A DNA stretch of 64,000 nt from assembly GCA_021108075.1 (NCBI GenBank), contig JAIORP010000150.1, positions 3,396-67,395 of the forward strand, written 5' to 3'. Position 1 is the first letter of the stretch; each line of letters starts with the position of its first letter. This stretch comes from Candidatus Omnitrophota bacterium (GTDB taxonomy: Bacteria > Omnitrophota > Gorgyraeia > Zapsychrales > Zapsychraceae). The translations under genes were made by a program, and so were the position numbers. Below, piece after piece: positions 20,074 to 29,368 of the stretch. Under the pieces are notes generated by a model that saw only the letters and a list, made by a program, of their open reading frames with translations, did not search any database and was not told the origin of the DNA.

Positions 20074-21468
20074 TCAATAATCTGAATTAATTACATAATT
20101 TTTTCCTGTCATATTATTTCTAGTAAATTTATACATATAAAATAATATTTTTAACCAAATTGCACTGATTATCAAACCTATACAGTTAATTAGTGTCACT
20201 CTAGTCAAAGTTAAGGGAAAATTTGATAATATAAAAAACAAAATTATTCCAAAATTAAGAACTAATCTAACCCATTTTTCACTCGCACTATAGAGCACTT
20301 TTCCAATTCCTATAAACATATAGTGATCTGGGACAGCTAATGCATTAAAAAACCATCCTATTGCTAATATTTTTAAAATTATAGATATTTGAATATTAAA
20401 TTCTTCACCAAGCCATATACTTAAAATTTGGTTAGAAAATACAAAAAGAAATAAAAATATAGGTATTGCACAAAAAAATATAAGTTTCATACATTTTGCA
20501 TGTACCTGTAAAACAGATTGCTTTGAACCAACATTGGTCTTATTGACATTACTAATTTTTGGTATAATAGATTCTAATCCTTTAACAAATAAACCTCTTA
20601 CAGCAAATATAACTTGAGTAGCAATTTGATAATATGCAACTTCTGAAAGACCAACATATCTTGCAATTATAATTTTGTTAAACGGAATTACCAGCATATT
20701 GGCAATGCTACCCGTCATAAATACACCGCCAAATTTTATTAACTCTTTACATTTAGCAATATTAAACAAAAAAGGATAAAAAATTATAATTGAGAAGTGT
20801 TTAAATAGGATGTAAACACTTACACTAAAAGCAAAAATATAAAACATAATATGAGACAAATATAATCCCCATACGCCGTATCCAGAAACCAACAATATCA
20901 CAGCAATCATAATTTGAAGAATTCTGCAAATTAAATAGATATAGTTCGCTATATCCATCCTTCCAACACCTGCTAGTACACCTTTAATAAGATTCAGGTA
21001 AAAACAAAAAATTGACAAAACACCAACACCTAAAATTAAGGATGAACTACTGTCTAAAAGAACTGATTGAATTTTTAAAAAAGCAGCAATATTTTTATTA
21101 AACACCATTAACAATCCTAAAATAAGTATGGTAGGAATTAATAATAAATATATCGCAGTTGTAATATATTTAGATATATTCAAAATATCTTTCTTAGCAT
21201 ATTCACCTGCAACACTTCTCATAATAGCAGTACCCATTCCCATTTCACCTAATAAACCATATGTCAATATCACAGATAATGTTACCCATACACCATATAA
21301 TTCAACACCCAAATATTTTAAATATATTGGATAAGATATTAATGTTACTAAAATATTTAATCCAGAAAAAATAGCTCCTGATAATACATTTTTCTTTAAT
21401 TGCGATAAATCATTATATTTATTTGTTAATTTCGATAACAATTTCACAAAAGAATCTAACCTATACAT
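20074..21468 (-). CDS. Wzx-type oligosaccharide flippase (MOP superfamily)
   Basis: 464 aa, about 12-14 TM helices, position within the polysaccharide cluster. Confidence 0.65.
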   Translation of the reverse strand: MYRLDSFVKLLSKLTNKYNDLSQLKKNVLSGAIFSGLNILVTLISYPIYLKYLGVELYGVWVTLSVILTYGLLGEMGMGTAIMRSVAGEYAKKDILNISKYITTAIYLLLIPTILILGLLMVFNKNIAAFLKIQSVLLDSSSSLILGVGVLSIFCFYLNLIKGVLAGVGRMDIANYIYLICRILQIMIAVILLVSGYGVWGLYLSHIMFYIFAFSVSVYILFKHFSIIIFYPFLFNIAKCKELIKFGGVFMTGSIANMLVIPFNKIIIARYVGLSEVAYYQIATQVIFAVRGLFVKGLESIIPKISNVNKTNVGSKQSVLQVHAKCMKLIFFCAIPIFLFLFVFSNQILSIWLGEEFNIQISIILKILAIGWFFNALAVPDHYMFIGIGKVLYSASEKWVRLVLNFGIILFFILSNFPLTLTRVTLINCIGLIISAIWLKILFYMYKFTRNNMTGKNYVINSDY

Positions 21469-21513
21469 TTGTTAACTTCCGTTATAAATATTCACCATAT
21501 ACCACTTATTTTG

Positions 21514-22527
21514 CTATTTATATCCAAATCTTTCATTCAACTGACCTGCACTCTTGTTAAATAACAATAAATCGTGGTCACTGAAACTTGTGGTCCATAT
21601 CTCTTCAGAAGGTTGAATTGATTTAGCATTTATTCTGGATGCATTACCACCAACCATATGATGAGTTTTTTTAGTTAAATCAAGCATACTGTCTTCCCAT
21701 TCCACCCCTAAATAATTACTTATATTATTAAATGTACTTTTGGGGTCTTTGCAAAAGTCTTCATGTTTAATTAGACAATAATTATCTCTTTTAAAAACAT
21801 CTAACAATAATTTTATTTTCTTGTTTACTTTCTTCCATTGAAAAACAGCGCTTTTAAAGTCAATTTTTACCTGACTCTTAAAGGTAGCGCACTTTTCTTT
21901 TTTTGAATCATTTTCTTTTTTTAAAAGCCGATATTCTCTTTTTAATATAGAATTCACCGTGGCTCGACCATCTCTTACCAAAAAAATATGCTTACATTCA
22001 ATTTCAGCTTTTAACAGTTTCTCCAGAAACAACGCCCTAATTACATCCTTTGAAGAATCGATAAGAATATTTTCTTGGACTTTATCAAATACTTTTCTGT
22101 ACAAAAATATATTATTCTGCATAGCTTCTTTTATTCTTCTGAATACAAACGGAAAATTTCCTGAATAATATAATAAAAAATCTATAAGCTTTAACCATCG
22201 AATAAAAGCCGATCCTTTTCCAATTTTGCAGTTTGTCGAAAAAGCATCCGGATTTCTTAGTAAATCAGTTTGAAACTCTTGATTAATGTGTCGCATCATC
22301 TTTGACCAAAATGGACATTCTTGTTGTCCTACACCACAACTACAGATAGAATTTTTTATAAACTCCTCAGTAAAATGATTAATTTCACCTAAAGAAAAAC
22401 AATCTGAATGTGAGCCTAAAAATTTATCCAAGACAGTCGATCCACTACGCCCAACACTTAGAATAAATATAATTTTCTTTTTCATTTTTTCATCCTTTTG
22501 AGCAACATGACAACCTATAACTACCAA
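21514..22527 (-). CDS. Sulfotransferase-family protein
   Basis: The PAPS 5'-phosphosulfate-binding motif FILSVGRSGSTVL near the N-terminus. Confidence 0.6.
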   Translation of the reverse strand: MVVIGCHVAQKDEKMKKKIIFILSVGRSGSTVLDKFLGSHSDCFSLGEINHFTEEFIKNSICSCGVGQQECPFWSKMMRHINQEFQTDLLRNPDAFSTNCKIGKGSAFIRWLKLIDFLLYYSGNFPFVFRRIKEAMQNNIFLYRKVFDKVQENILIDSSKDVIRALFLEKLLKAEIECKHIFLVRDGRATVNSILKREYRLLKKENDSKKEKCATFKSQVKIDFKSAVFQWKKVNKKIKLLLDVFKRDNYCLIKHEDFCKDPKSTFNNISNYLGVEWEDSMLDLTKKTHHMVGGNASRINAKSIQPSEEIWTTSFSDHDLLLFNKSAGQLNERFGYK

Positions 22528-23474
22528 TCCATGTCGTTATAAAATTTACATGCTAACGGTTCTGTTAGCATTCTAATTTGTTTAATTTCATTCAAATTAA
22601 GTAATTTTTTCCATCTTTTTATGTTTTCTTGACTATTTCTTTTTAAAACATGAGGACGATTATTTACTGGATCAGACGGATTGTCAATATTTGTAAATCT
22701 TTTTATAATTATCTCGATTTTTTTTGTAAAAACTAAATTCAATTTATCATAAAGATACTGAAATTTTTCTACTGGAAAATTAGAAATATCTTCATGACGA
22801 ATACCAATCATATTTGGATTCCGGTCTAAATACGCAAATAAAACTGAGTAAATACAATTCCATAACAAAGCGCCTTCTTCAATAATTGATAATTTATTAA
22901 AATCAATATTTAAATCAATACGCTCGCCTAAAAAATCGTCCATCAACTCTTTTTGTTTAATAAATTCTTGAAAATCAAATTTATAATTTAATCTCTTTAT
23001 GCTTCCGATAAAAGCTACAGGATGACGAATTATAATAACCGTGTCCATATTTAATTTTTTGTGCATCCATTCAGCAGAAAAACAAGCTATGGGATCTTTT
23101 ATCAATAATCTTGTAACCCAAGGTTTATATTTCAAAAGCCTGTATTTTCTTATTTTTTTGTCACCAAATATATTCCTTGCTATTGTTTTCAACATAAGCT
23201 CTTGTTTGTTTTTAGAGCTTAACTTCCATGGTTCTTTATATTTTGCCTTACCATTCAAAACATTTTTTAAAATATAATGGTATTTTTTTTCAAGCAATCC
23301 ACCATTTTTGATATAAGGATTCCATACATCCACACCCTCAACCCCCAAAACTTTATTGAAAGGTTCGAAAATATAACCAACATTAGGCGATAATGCTAAC
23401 ATTTTTCCAACAAAAGTAGTTCCACTTCTATGAGAACCTGTTACTAAAATCGTATTTTTCTTTTTATTTTGCAT
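22521..23474 (-). CDS. Sulfotransferase-family protein (second paralog)
   Basis: N-terminal ILVTGSHRSGTTFV motif. Confidence 0.6.
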   Translation of the reverse strand: MQNKKKNTILVTGSHRSGTTFVGKMLALSPNVGYIFEPFNKVLGVEGVDVWNPYIKNGGLLEKKYHYILKNVLNGKAKYKEPWKLSSKNKQELMLKTIARNIFGDKKIRKYRLLKYKPWVTRLLIKDPIACFSAEWMHKKLNMDTVIIIRHPVAFIGSIKRLNYKFDFQEFIKQKELMDDFLGERIDLNIDFNKLSIIEEGALLWNCIYSVLFAYLDRNPNMIGIRHEDISNFPVEKFQYLYDKLNLVFTKKIEIIIKRFTNIDNPSDPVNNRPHVLKRNSQENIKRWKKLLNLNEIKQIRMLTEPLACKFYNDMDW

Positions 23475-23517
23475 ATCCTGTCACAATTTATAAAAAAATA
23501 AAAATAATAGCACTCTT

Positions 23518-23958
23518 TTACCTTGCTAAAAACCATTCGTTCACTAAAACATCTTTATTATAATCAAGTTGATTATTAGTCTTCGTATTCACAACTCTCG
23601 CCCCTACCTCCTCTACGATCGCGTGCCCAGCAGCAGTGTCCCACTCCATCGTAGGAGCAAATCTTGGAGAAGCATCAGCTTTGCCTTCGGCTACAAGGCA
23701 TAATTTTAGCGAACTTCCGGCTGATAGCACTTCTACTTTGCCGTGGATTTTCTTTTGCTCTTCAATATATTCTTCTGTTTCTTTTGACATATGTGAACGA
23801 CTGCCTATGATTGTAAATGATTCTCTTTTAATATCTAATGGCAATCTTGAAGCTTTTTTGAGTAGATACCCACGGGCGTGCCCGTGGCACTTAATTAATT
23901 TTTGTGCGAGCTTACGCTCGTCGCCCTCTGGGCGAAGGTTGCATTCACCCACGGGCAT
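23518..23958 (-). pseudogene. CysQ-like 3'(2'),5'-bisphosphate nucleotidase remnant with only the C-terminal half. Its 5' end is replaced by a palindromic insertion.
   Basis: C-terminal inositol-monophosphatase-family motifs (LKLCLVAEGKAD, WDTAAG) are present. The N-terminal metal-binding half (DPIDGT) is absent. The first 30 codons are read from the palindromic element at 23869..23966. Confidence 0.5.
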
Positions 23959-23966
23959 GCCCGTGG
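23869..23966. repeat. Small palindromic insertion element: two near-identical 19-bp palindromes flanking a hairpin-rich core
   Basis: CCCACGGGCGTGCCCGTGG at 23869-23887 and CCCACGGGCATGCCCGTGG at 23948-23966. Internal hairpins GCGAGCTTACGCTCG and CGCCCTCTGGGCG. Confidence 0.5.
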
Positions 23967-24050
23967 ATCTCTGCTAGCTTTTAGATTGCATTGAATTTAT
24001 TAGTAATAAATGCGAATATATTGCTATTGATGAATGAGAAGCTAAAAGAC

Positions 24051-25070
24051 TCAATCAATATGCCCCATCACCACACACATCCCCCACGCCAACCCGAAGG
24101 ATATCATCGGCGCGATGATCCATACGGTAAAGATCTTCAGGACCGCGGATTTTTGCATGATTTCGTTAAATCCGTATTTATACACGCCCAGTCCCAGTAT
24201 CGCGCCCACGTTCAATTGCGCCAGGGCGGTCGGGATGCCTTTATAAAGCGACGCCAGTATTAATAAACTCCCGGTCACGCTCGAGATGGCCAGCGCGCCG
24301 ATCGGGCCGAACTCGACGATCTGTTTGCCGGTCGTCTCCAGCACCCTTGCCCCGAAGATCGAACTGCCTAAAGCGAAACACGGGGCGATGATAAACGTGG
24401 CCAGTATCATACAAATAACATACAAATGTGAACTTTCAGTGACGCTGAATTGATTAACCAGCAAACCATGCACAGGGCCGGCCGCGTTGGCCACATTGTT
24501 GGCGCCGATCGCGAAGGCCACGAAACAGGACGAGGCGATCACGCTGAAGCGCAGCACCGGATGCAAAGCCAATTCCTTAAAATTAACCAGATTCCTGGCC
24601 TTCAGCGGCTTATAAATAAACTTTCCCAGCAGAAGCGTCAGGCAAAACGAAATCACCGGCAGAATAAACCAGCTGGGGATGATCAAAAAAACCAGTTTTT
24701 CCATTTGAATGCTGCCGTGAAAAGCGGCGACCGCTACCAGGGCGAACACGGTCGACTGGCTGGTCGACTGCGGCACTTTTAACAGATTGGCAAAAAGAAT
24801 GGACAAAGAGATCGAGAACAGAATGATCGTGGTGATCTTTAAGGTCATATAGCTTTCCGGCAGGACGCCTTTGCCGATGGTCGCGGTCACATCCTTGCCG
24901 GCCATGATCGCACCCAATAAGACAAAAAACCCGAACAGACCCGGGATCAAATCCTTGCGGATGATATTGGCCCCGTAGGACGATGAGAACGCGGCTGACG
25001 TCCCGCTCCCGCCCATATTGATGGCCAGAAACATCGCCGCCAGCAGTGGTAATAGGATGATGGAAAACAT
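24051..25070 (-). CDS. PiT-family inorganic anion permease (phosphate/sulfate; CysP-like candidate)
   Basis: Duplicated PiT signature NMGGSGTSAAFSSSYGA near the N-terminus and FAIGANNVANAAGPV in the second half. Polytopic. Confidence 0.65.
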   Translation of the reverse strand: MFSIILLPLLAAMFLAINMGGSGTSAAFSSSYGANIIRKDLIPGLFGFFVLLGAIMAGKDVTATIGKGVLPESYMTLKITTIILFSISLSILFANLLKVPQSTSQSTVFALVAVAAFHGSIQMEKLVFLIIPSWFILPVISFCLTLLLGKFIYKPLKARNLVNFKELALHPVLRFSVIASSCFVAFAIGANNVANAAGPVHGLLVNQFSVTESSHLYVICMILATFIIAPCFALGSSIFGARVLETTGKQIVEFGPIGALAISSVTGSLLILASLYKGIPTALAQLNVGAILGLGVYKYGFNEIMQKSAVLKIFTVWIIAPMISFGLAWGMCVVMGHID

Positions 25071-25476
25071 AGTTTAAGTTATAAAAAAGTTAAAAGTAAA
25101 AAGAATTAAAATTCGGTTAAACACACTGAATTCCTGTCATACCCATTCGATCAAATAATGACCGGACGGGTACACAAAGTCAAACCTCAAAAAGCAAAGC
25201 GTGACTGACAGATGAATGATCTCTCCAACGCGCGCTTTAAACGACGGACCTGACATGCTCCCGCGACACAACCGGAATGATCACCTCCGACCCGCTCCCC
25301 AACGTTACCAAGCATAAAGCCTTTATTCCCATACACTAAGAACTCAGAGCATAAAATATATTTATATAGTAATATTATAGATATATATTAATAAATAATA
25401 GGTATTATAATAATAACAACAAATGTATCATACCTGATTGATTTGTCAAGGATTAATGCGGGGAAAGCAGGGCTGA

Positions 25477-25530
25477 AAAGTAGGGACGGATGGTACTTTT
25501 TTAAAAAAAGTACCATCCGTCCCTACTTTT
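25477..25530. repeat. REP-like palindrome family B copy: a perfect 25-bp-stem hairpin flanked by A/T runs, a bidirectional terminator candidate
   Basis: AAAAGTAGGGACGGATGGTACTTTTTTT/AAAAAAAGTACCATCCGTCCCTACTTTT. Confidence 0.55.
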
Positions 25531-25669
25531 ACTTGTAAACTTTCTGAACCTTACCGTCCCGCCAGACGTAAAGCGGGCGACCGGCTTTTTGATGTTCCGC
25601 GACAACGCGTTTAACCGCCTCCTTCATGGCTGCTTCGGCTTTATCTAAAATCGTCATTCGTTTGCGCAT
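25529..25669 (-). CDS. Candidate 47-aa small protein downstream of the zeta-toxin-like gene (possible cognate partner)
   Basis: Reverse-strand ATG at 25669 gives MRKRMTILDKAEAAMKEAVKRVVAEHQKAGRPLYVWRDGKVQKVYK. It overlaps the toxin gene end by 16 nt. It is below the ORF-track size cut-off. Confidence 0.25.
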   Translation of the reverse strand: MRKRMTILDKAEAAMKEAVKRVVAEHQKAGRPLYVWRDGKVQKVYK

Positions 25670-26256
25670 AAGTTAATCCCCACGTTTTTTGTGATCGCCA
25701 CAAATAATGGCTGATTCAATATTTCCATATGTGCGTTTTGTTGCCTGGCAATGATTCGGGGCGTTGTTTCAGCATTATCAAATAAAATCCATCTATCGGC
25801 CAATAAACGATATTCTTTGAAGAAATTCGCTATACTTCGCCTGTAACGCCGCTTCACATCGTTTACCGGCACATGATGTCCGCCCTGCGCCACACGGTCC
25901 TTAACCCGCGAAATAGCAAGTGCGGAACCCGGTATCCATAAAAAAAACATGTTTAACCGGTAATCTTTTTCTTTTAACATCTTGAAATATTTCAGATACG
26001 TTACTCCTGACATCGTTGTTTCAAAACCAAAATCAATACCTTCATTTGAATATTCTTTAATCTGCTCTAAAACAAGTTTCCCGGATTTAATCGCGACTTG
26101 CCCGGGAGAGAAGGGGGATAAACCCGCGGCTATGAGATCAGCATTTATAAATCTAACGCATTTAGCGTATTCAGGTAAAAACGTTTTCGCGAAAGTGGTC
26201 TTACCCGATCCATTGGGCCCGGCGATGATATAGACATTTTTCTTCTTCATTGTCAT
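25654..26256 (-). CDS. Zeta-toxin-family P-loop kinase (AAA-like ATPase)
   Basis: Walker A IIAGPNGSGKTTFAKTF. About 200 aa with a zeta-toxin-like layout. Confidence 0.6.
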   Translation of the reverse strand: MTMKKKNVYIIAGPNGSGKTTFAKTFLPEYAKCVRFINADLIAAGLSPFSPGQVAIKSGKLVLEQIKEYSNEGIDFGFETTMSGVTYLKYFKMLKEKDYRLNMFFLWIPGSALAISRVKDRVAQGGHHVPVNDVKRRYRRSIANFFKEYRLLADRWILFDNAETTPRIIARQQNAHMEILNQPLFVAITKNVGINLCANE

Positions 26257-26309
26257 TGATTATATCATTTGTTCCGGATAAAACAAGACAGGACGACAAA
26301 AAAGGGATA

Positions 26310-26366
26310 AAAAAGTGAGGACGGTTGGTACTTTTTAAAAAAGTACCAACCGTCCCTACTTTTTCC
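26310..26366. repeat. REP-like palindrome family B copy between the zeta-toxin and AbiE genes
   Basis: AAAAAGTGAGGACGGTTGGTACTTTTT/AAAAAAGTACCAACCGTCCCTACTTTTT. Confidence 0.55.
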
Positions 26367-26376
26367 TCTCCTAATT

Positions 26377-27081
26377 TTAATGCCCTTTGTTTATCAAACC
26401 TTCCTTAAATAATTTCAAATAAAACAAAATTTCATCCTTCATCTTTTCCCTCATCGAATCCTTGGAAGGTTCCGTTAAAAGCTCCCCTAACCCTTGCAAA
26501 ATGTAAGTATTATTAACCTGATTGACTCTGTGAACGCATCGATCAATATAATCTTTTGTTGCCATCCCTGTTCTCTTTTCTAACAAATTCAGATTGCAAT
26601 CCCATCTGTTCTTAATAAAAAAAATAATATCGTATAAATCTCTATTTGCCAGTGATTTCCGGTCTAACAGGGCGGCCATTTTATGCGCGAACATATCTTC
26701 TTGTTTCATGACCAAAACGGGGATGCCGAGATAGTCTTTGACTTCGTAGCTGTCTTCGAACATTCTGGTAGAAATCTCAATTTTTAGATTCCGGGTTTCA
26801 CGCTCATACGACAAAAGAAAAAAGAGTGTGTTTTGTTTCTGACTGGCTTCCTTCAACTCCCCATGGGCTGAAACGATGTTCTTGATCTTTTCAAAAACAA
26901 AAGTCTTCTTATTTGAATCAAGCAAATTGAAATCCAAATCGACGGAAAACCGGGTTAGTTGATAAAAAAAATAAACGGCTGTCCCACCCTTGAATCCCAA
27001 AAGTGAGGATATTTCTATATCCGAATAGATATCTTTCAAAATTTGAATTAAAATAACTCTATGTTTATTAATATTTAACAT
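26377..27081 (-). CDS. AbiEii/AbiGii-family nucleotidyltransferase toxin (DUF1814), pair 1
   Basis: N-terminal GGTAVYFFYQLTRFSVDLDF block characteristic of AbiEii. It overlaps the upstream AbiEi-like gene by 7 bp. Confidence 0.65.
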   Translation of the reverse strand: MLNINKHRVILIQILKDIYSDIEISSLLGFKGGTAVYFFYQLTRFSVDLDFNLLDSNKKTFVFEKIKNIVSAHGELKEASQKQNTLFFLLSYERETRNLKIEISTRMFEDSYEVKDYLGIPVLVMKQEDMFAHKMAALLDRKSLANRDLYDIIFFIKNRWDCNLNLLEKRTGMATKDYIDRCVHRVNQVNNTYILQGLGELLTEPSKDSMREKMKDEILFYLKLFKEGLINKGH

Positions 27082-27653
27082 AAATTCAAAAGCGCGCTCA
27101 CTTTCTTATTTAACGTATGGCTCTGATAAACGGGTAATAACATTTTAACGTCTTGAATCTTTAATGACCCCGGGTTATCAAAATGATAATTCTTATAAAG
27201 ATACAAAGTATCTAAGAACGCTCTTTCCTTTGTTGCCATGGGGACATGATCAGAAATGATGATCCCCCTATTGTTGTAAAGCGCTTCATTCTTAATTTTC
27301 CGCATAACGATACAGTGACGGCAAATTTCTATCGTTCTACTGATATAGCTAACCGCGTATATACACGTGTCATGTTGAAAAATAATCCCTTCCCGTTGTA
27401 GCACCGTTTCCAGACTGATATAGGCAGGCGAATAAATTTTCGCGGCTAATTCAAGCGCGTTATAATCTGGTTTCGCGTAAACACCCTTACGCAAAGCCCG
27501 CAGTTTCCCGGTTTTGACATAATAATGAATTTTTGATTTTAAGGCATCGGCATTGGTTTCATTCATTATTAACGCGATATCCTTAAAAGAAAATACAGTT
27601 TTTGAATTTTTATAAATCTCGAAAATAAAATCTTTTTTCATTATATGATCCAC
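27075..27653 (-). CDS. AbiEi-family antitoxin/transcriptional regulator, pair 1
   Basis: N-terminal winged-HTH region with the LRKGVY motif. Positioned 5' of AbiEii. Confidence 0.6.
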   Translation of the reverse strand: MDHIMKKDFIFEIYKNSKTVFSFKDIALIMNETNADALKSKIHYYVKTGKLRALRKGVYAKPDYNALELAAKIYSPAYISLETVLQREGIIFQHDTCIYAVSYISRTIEICRHCIVMRKIKNEALYNNRGIIISDHVPMATKERAFLDTLYLYKNYHFDNPGSLKIQDVKMLLPVYQSHTLNKKVSALLNLC

Positions 27654-27706
27654 AGGTAATAATTATTCTTACCTATAGATTACCATATTTATTAAAAGTG
27701 TCAAAT

Positions 27707-27744
27707 AAAAAAGTACCAACCGTCCCTACTTTTCCCTACTTTTC
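27707..27744. repeat. REP-like palindrome family B half-copy with a duplicated CCCTACTTTT
   Basis: AAAAAAGTACCAACCGTCCCTACTTTTCCCTACTTTTC between the two AbiE pairs. No partner arm was found. Confidence 0.4.
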
Positions 27745-28560
27745 TGTTGGCCACGATTGAAAATATGTCACAACCAACTGTTTGATCGCTAATTGTTCGA
27801 AAACATTGAGTTCATGCTTGTCCTCAATAAACCGTTCAACATCCTTTCTCACAAAATCAAAATCTTGCCGCGCCACAACGTCCAACAGATGGTCTTTGAA
27901 GTTCTGCCGGTCAATCGGTAAAGACGTCCCTTGAGTTTGAACAATGGCATTATTAAGCAATTCAAAATTGGGCTTAATTTTTTTGGTTAAATACCAGACA
28001 AAATCATACCAGTCCCGCCCTTTGGTATATGTTCTAAAAAAACAAGCATGCAACTTCCCCGCGAAAAGCGAAGGCAAATCATAGTGAACAACATTAAACA
28101 TGAACTGTTTGTTTAAAATTGTTGTTAACGTTTCCCAACCTTGTGGAGGATTTGTGTCCGCCTCCCATTTAATGGAAATATTTTGAGAAACCAACGGAGA
28201 CAGACCCAACTCCTTAAGCAAACCCGGAAATTTCAACATCATCGAATCCACATTATTCGTTGATTTCAACTTTGTTTGACACTCCAGTCCATTCAATCTG
28301 AATTCTTTGACAATTTGCTCAGAGATGTCTTCAAAGGCATATCCACCCTGACCGGTCAATGAAAAATCAAGGTCCTCTGAAAACCGCCTCAAATTATACA
28401 GCAGCCGCAAAGCTGTTCCGCCCAGGAACGCGACTTGATGAAACATTTTCTTTTGACTCATAATTCGTAAACAAAGCATCTGCAAAAACTCTCTGGTCAC
28501 ATTCATTTTATCGCTGCTAGACATACGTTCGGTGAATTGCTGTTTGATCACATCAATCAT
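27736..28560 (-). CDS. AbiEii/AbiGii-family nucleotidyltransferase toxin, pair 2
   Basis: AFLGGTALRLLYNLRRFSEDLDF block. It overlaps the upstream gene by 4 bp. Confidence 0.65.
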   Translation of the reverse strand: MIDVIKQQFTERMSSSDKMNVTREFLQMLCLRIMSQKKMFHQVAFLGGTALRLLYNLRRFSEDLDFSLTGQGGYAFEDISEQIVKEFRLNGLECQTKLKSTNNVDSMMLKFPGLLKELGLSPLVSQNISIKWEADTNPPQGWETLTTILNKQFMFNVVHYDLPSLFAGKLHACFFRTYTKGRDWYDFVWYLTKKIKPNFELLNNAIVQTQGTSLPIDRQNFKDHLLDVVARQDFDFVRKDVERFIEDKHELNVFEQLAIKQLVVTYFQSWPTEK

Positions 28561-29192
28561 GATTCCCCCTCATTGATCATTAAGCAAACGTTATGAACCA
28601 CTTTCATCAGTTTCTTACTATGAAAAATTCTCCCGAACATCATCATTTTTTCTTTGCTTAACTCATCCAGGTTTTGCAAACGATAAGAACGTTCCAGCTG
28701 AGGGCGCGCGTCTTTTTGAATCTCGCCTGAACGCAAATATAAAAAATCAACAAGCGCTTTTTCAGGTTCCGCCATCAAAAAACCCGCTTCAAAAGGCCCC
28801 ATTTTTATAAATCCTCGAAAGGCCTCAGGCTTGATACGCTGATAAACAAATGTTCCAAGATCATTTTGAATTTTCATTGTTTTCCGGGTCGTAATTGACG
28901 TGATGTCTTTCGTTTCTTCCGGAATCAATCCATAAAAACTTAAAGCGTATTCCAGACTAACATATGAAGGTTCAAACAAATAATTAGCGATATAAGCAAC
29001 ATCAGGAGACACCTTTCTATCCCGCTCATTTAAAAGATAGACCCCTCTTTTCAAACGAATGATTAAATCGTCCTTTACCCACCGGTTAAGTTGATTGCGG
29101 TTGTTCTGGAGTTCATTCTTCCCAGAGTCAATATACTTGCTAAAAATAAGCGGATATTTCTGATAGTTTCTCTTAAAATCACTAAATTTCAT
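28557..29192 (-). CDS. AbiEi-family antitoxin, pair 2
   Basis: RLKRGVY motif and a domain layout like 27075..27653. Confidence 0.6.
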   Translation of the reverse strand: MKFSDFKRNYQKYPLIFSKYIDSGKNELQNNRNQLNRWVKDDLIIRLKRGVYLLNERDRKVSPDVAYIANYLFEPSYVSLEYALSFYGLIPEETKDITSITTRKTMKIQNDLGTFVYQRIKPEAFRGFIKMGPFEAGFLMAEPEKALVDFLYLRSGEIQKDARPQLERSYRLQNLDELSKEKMMMFGRIFHSKKLMKVVHNVCLMINEGES

Positions 29193-29368
29193 CCCGGCGT
29201 TCTCCGTTTCTTTAAATAATCATATTTGATTACTTACGGAAACAGTATAACATTATTATAAAAATTAATCAATATCAAGAAAATTCGTCCCGCATCAATT
29301 TTTGTTAGCGGAACTCATGACTTTTTATTCCCACATCCGTAGGATTATTTGTTATAATTATCTCTGTT

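Noticed and set aside
25340-25440. AT-rich low-complexity stretch (ATATATTAATAAATAATAGGTATTATAATAATAACAACAAATG) and a similar stretch at 36290-36360
   Set aside because: Both contain the same CAACAACAAATGTAT motif, also seen at 330-345. This may be a short dispersed promoter-like repeat, but copies are too short and AT-biased to distinguish from background. I did not call it.
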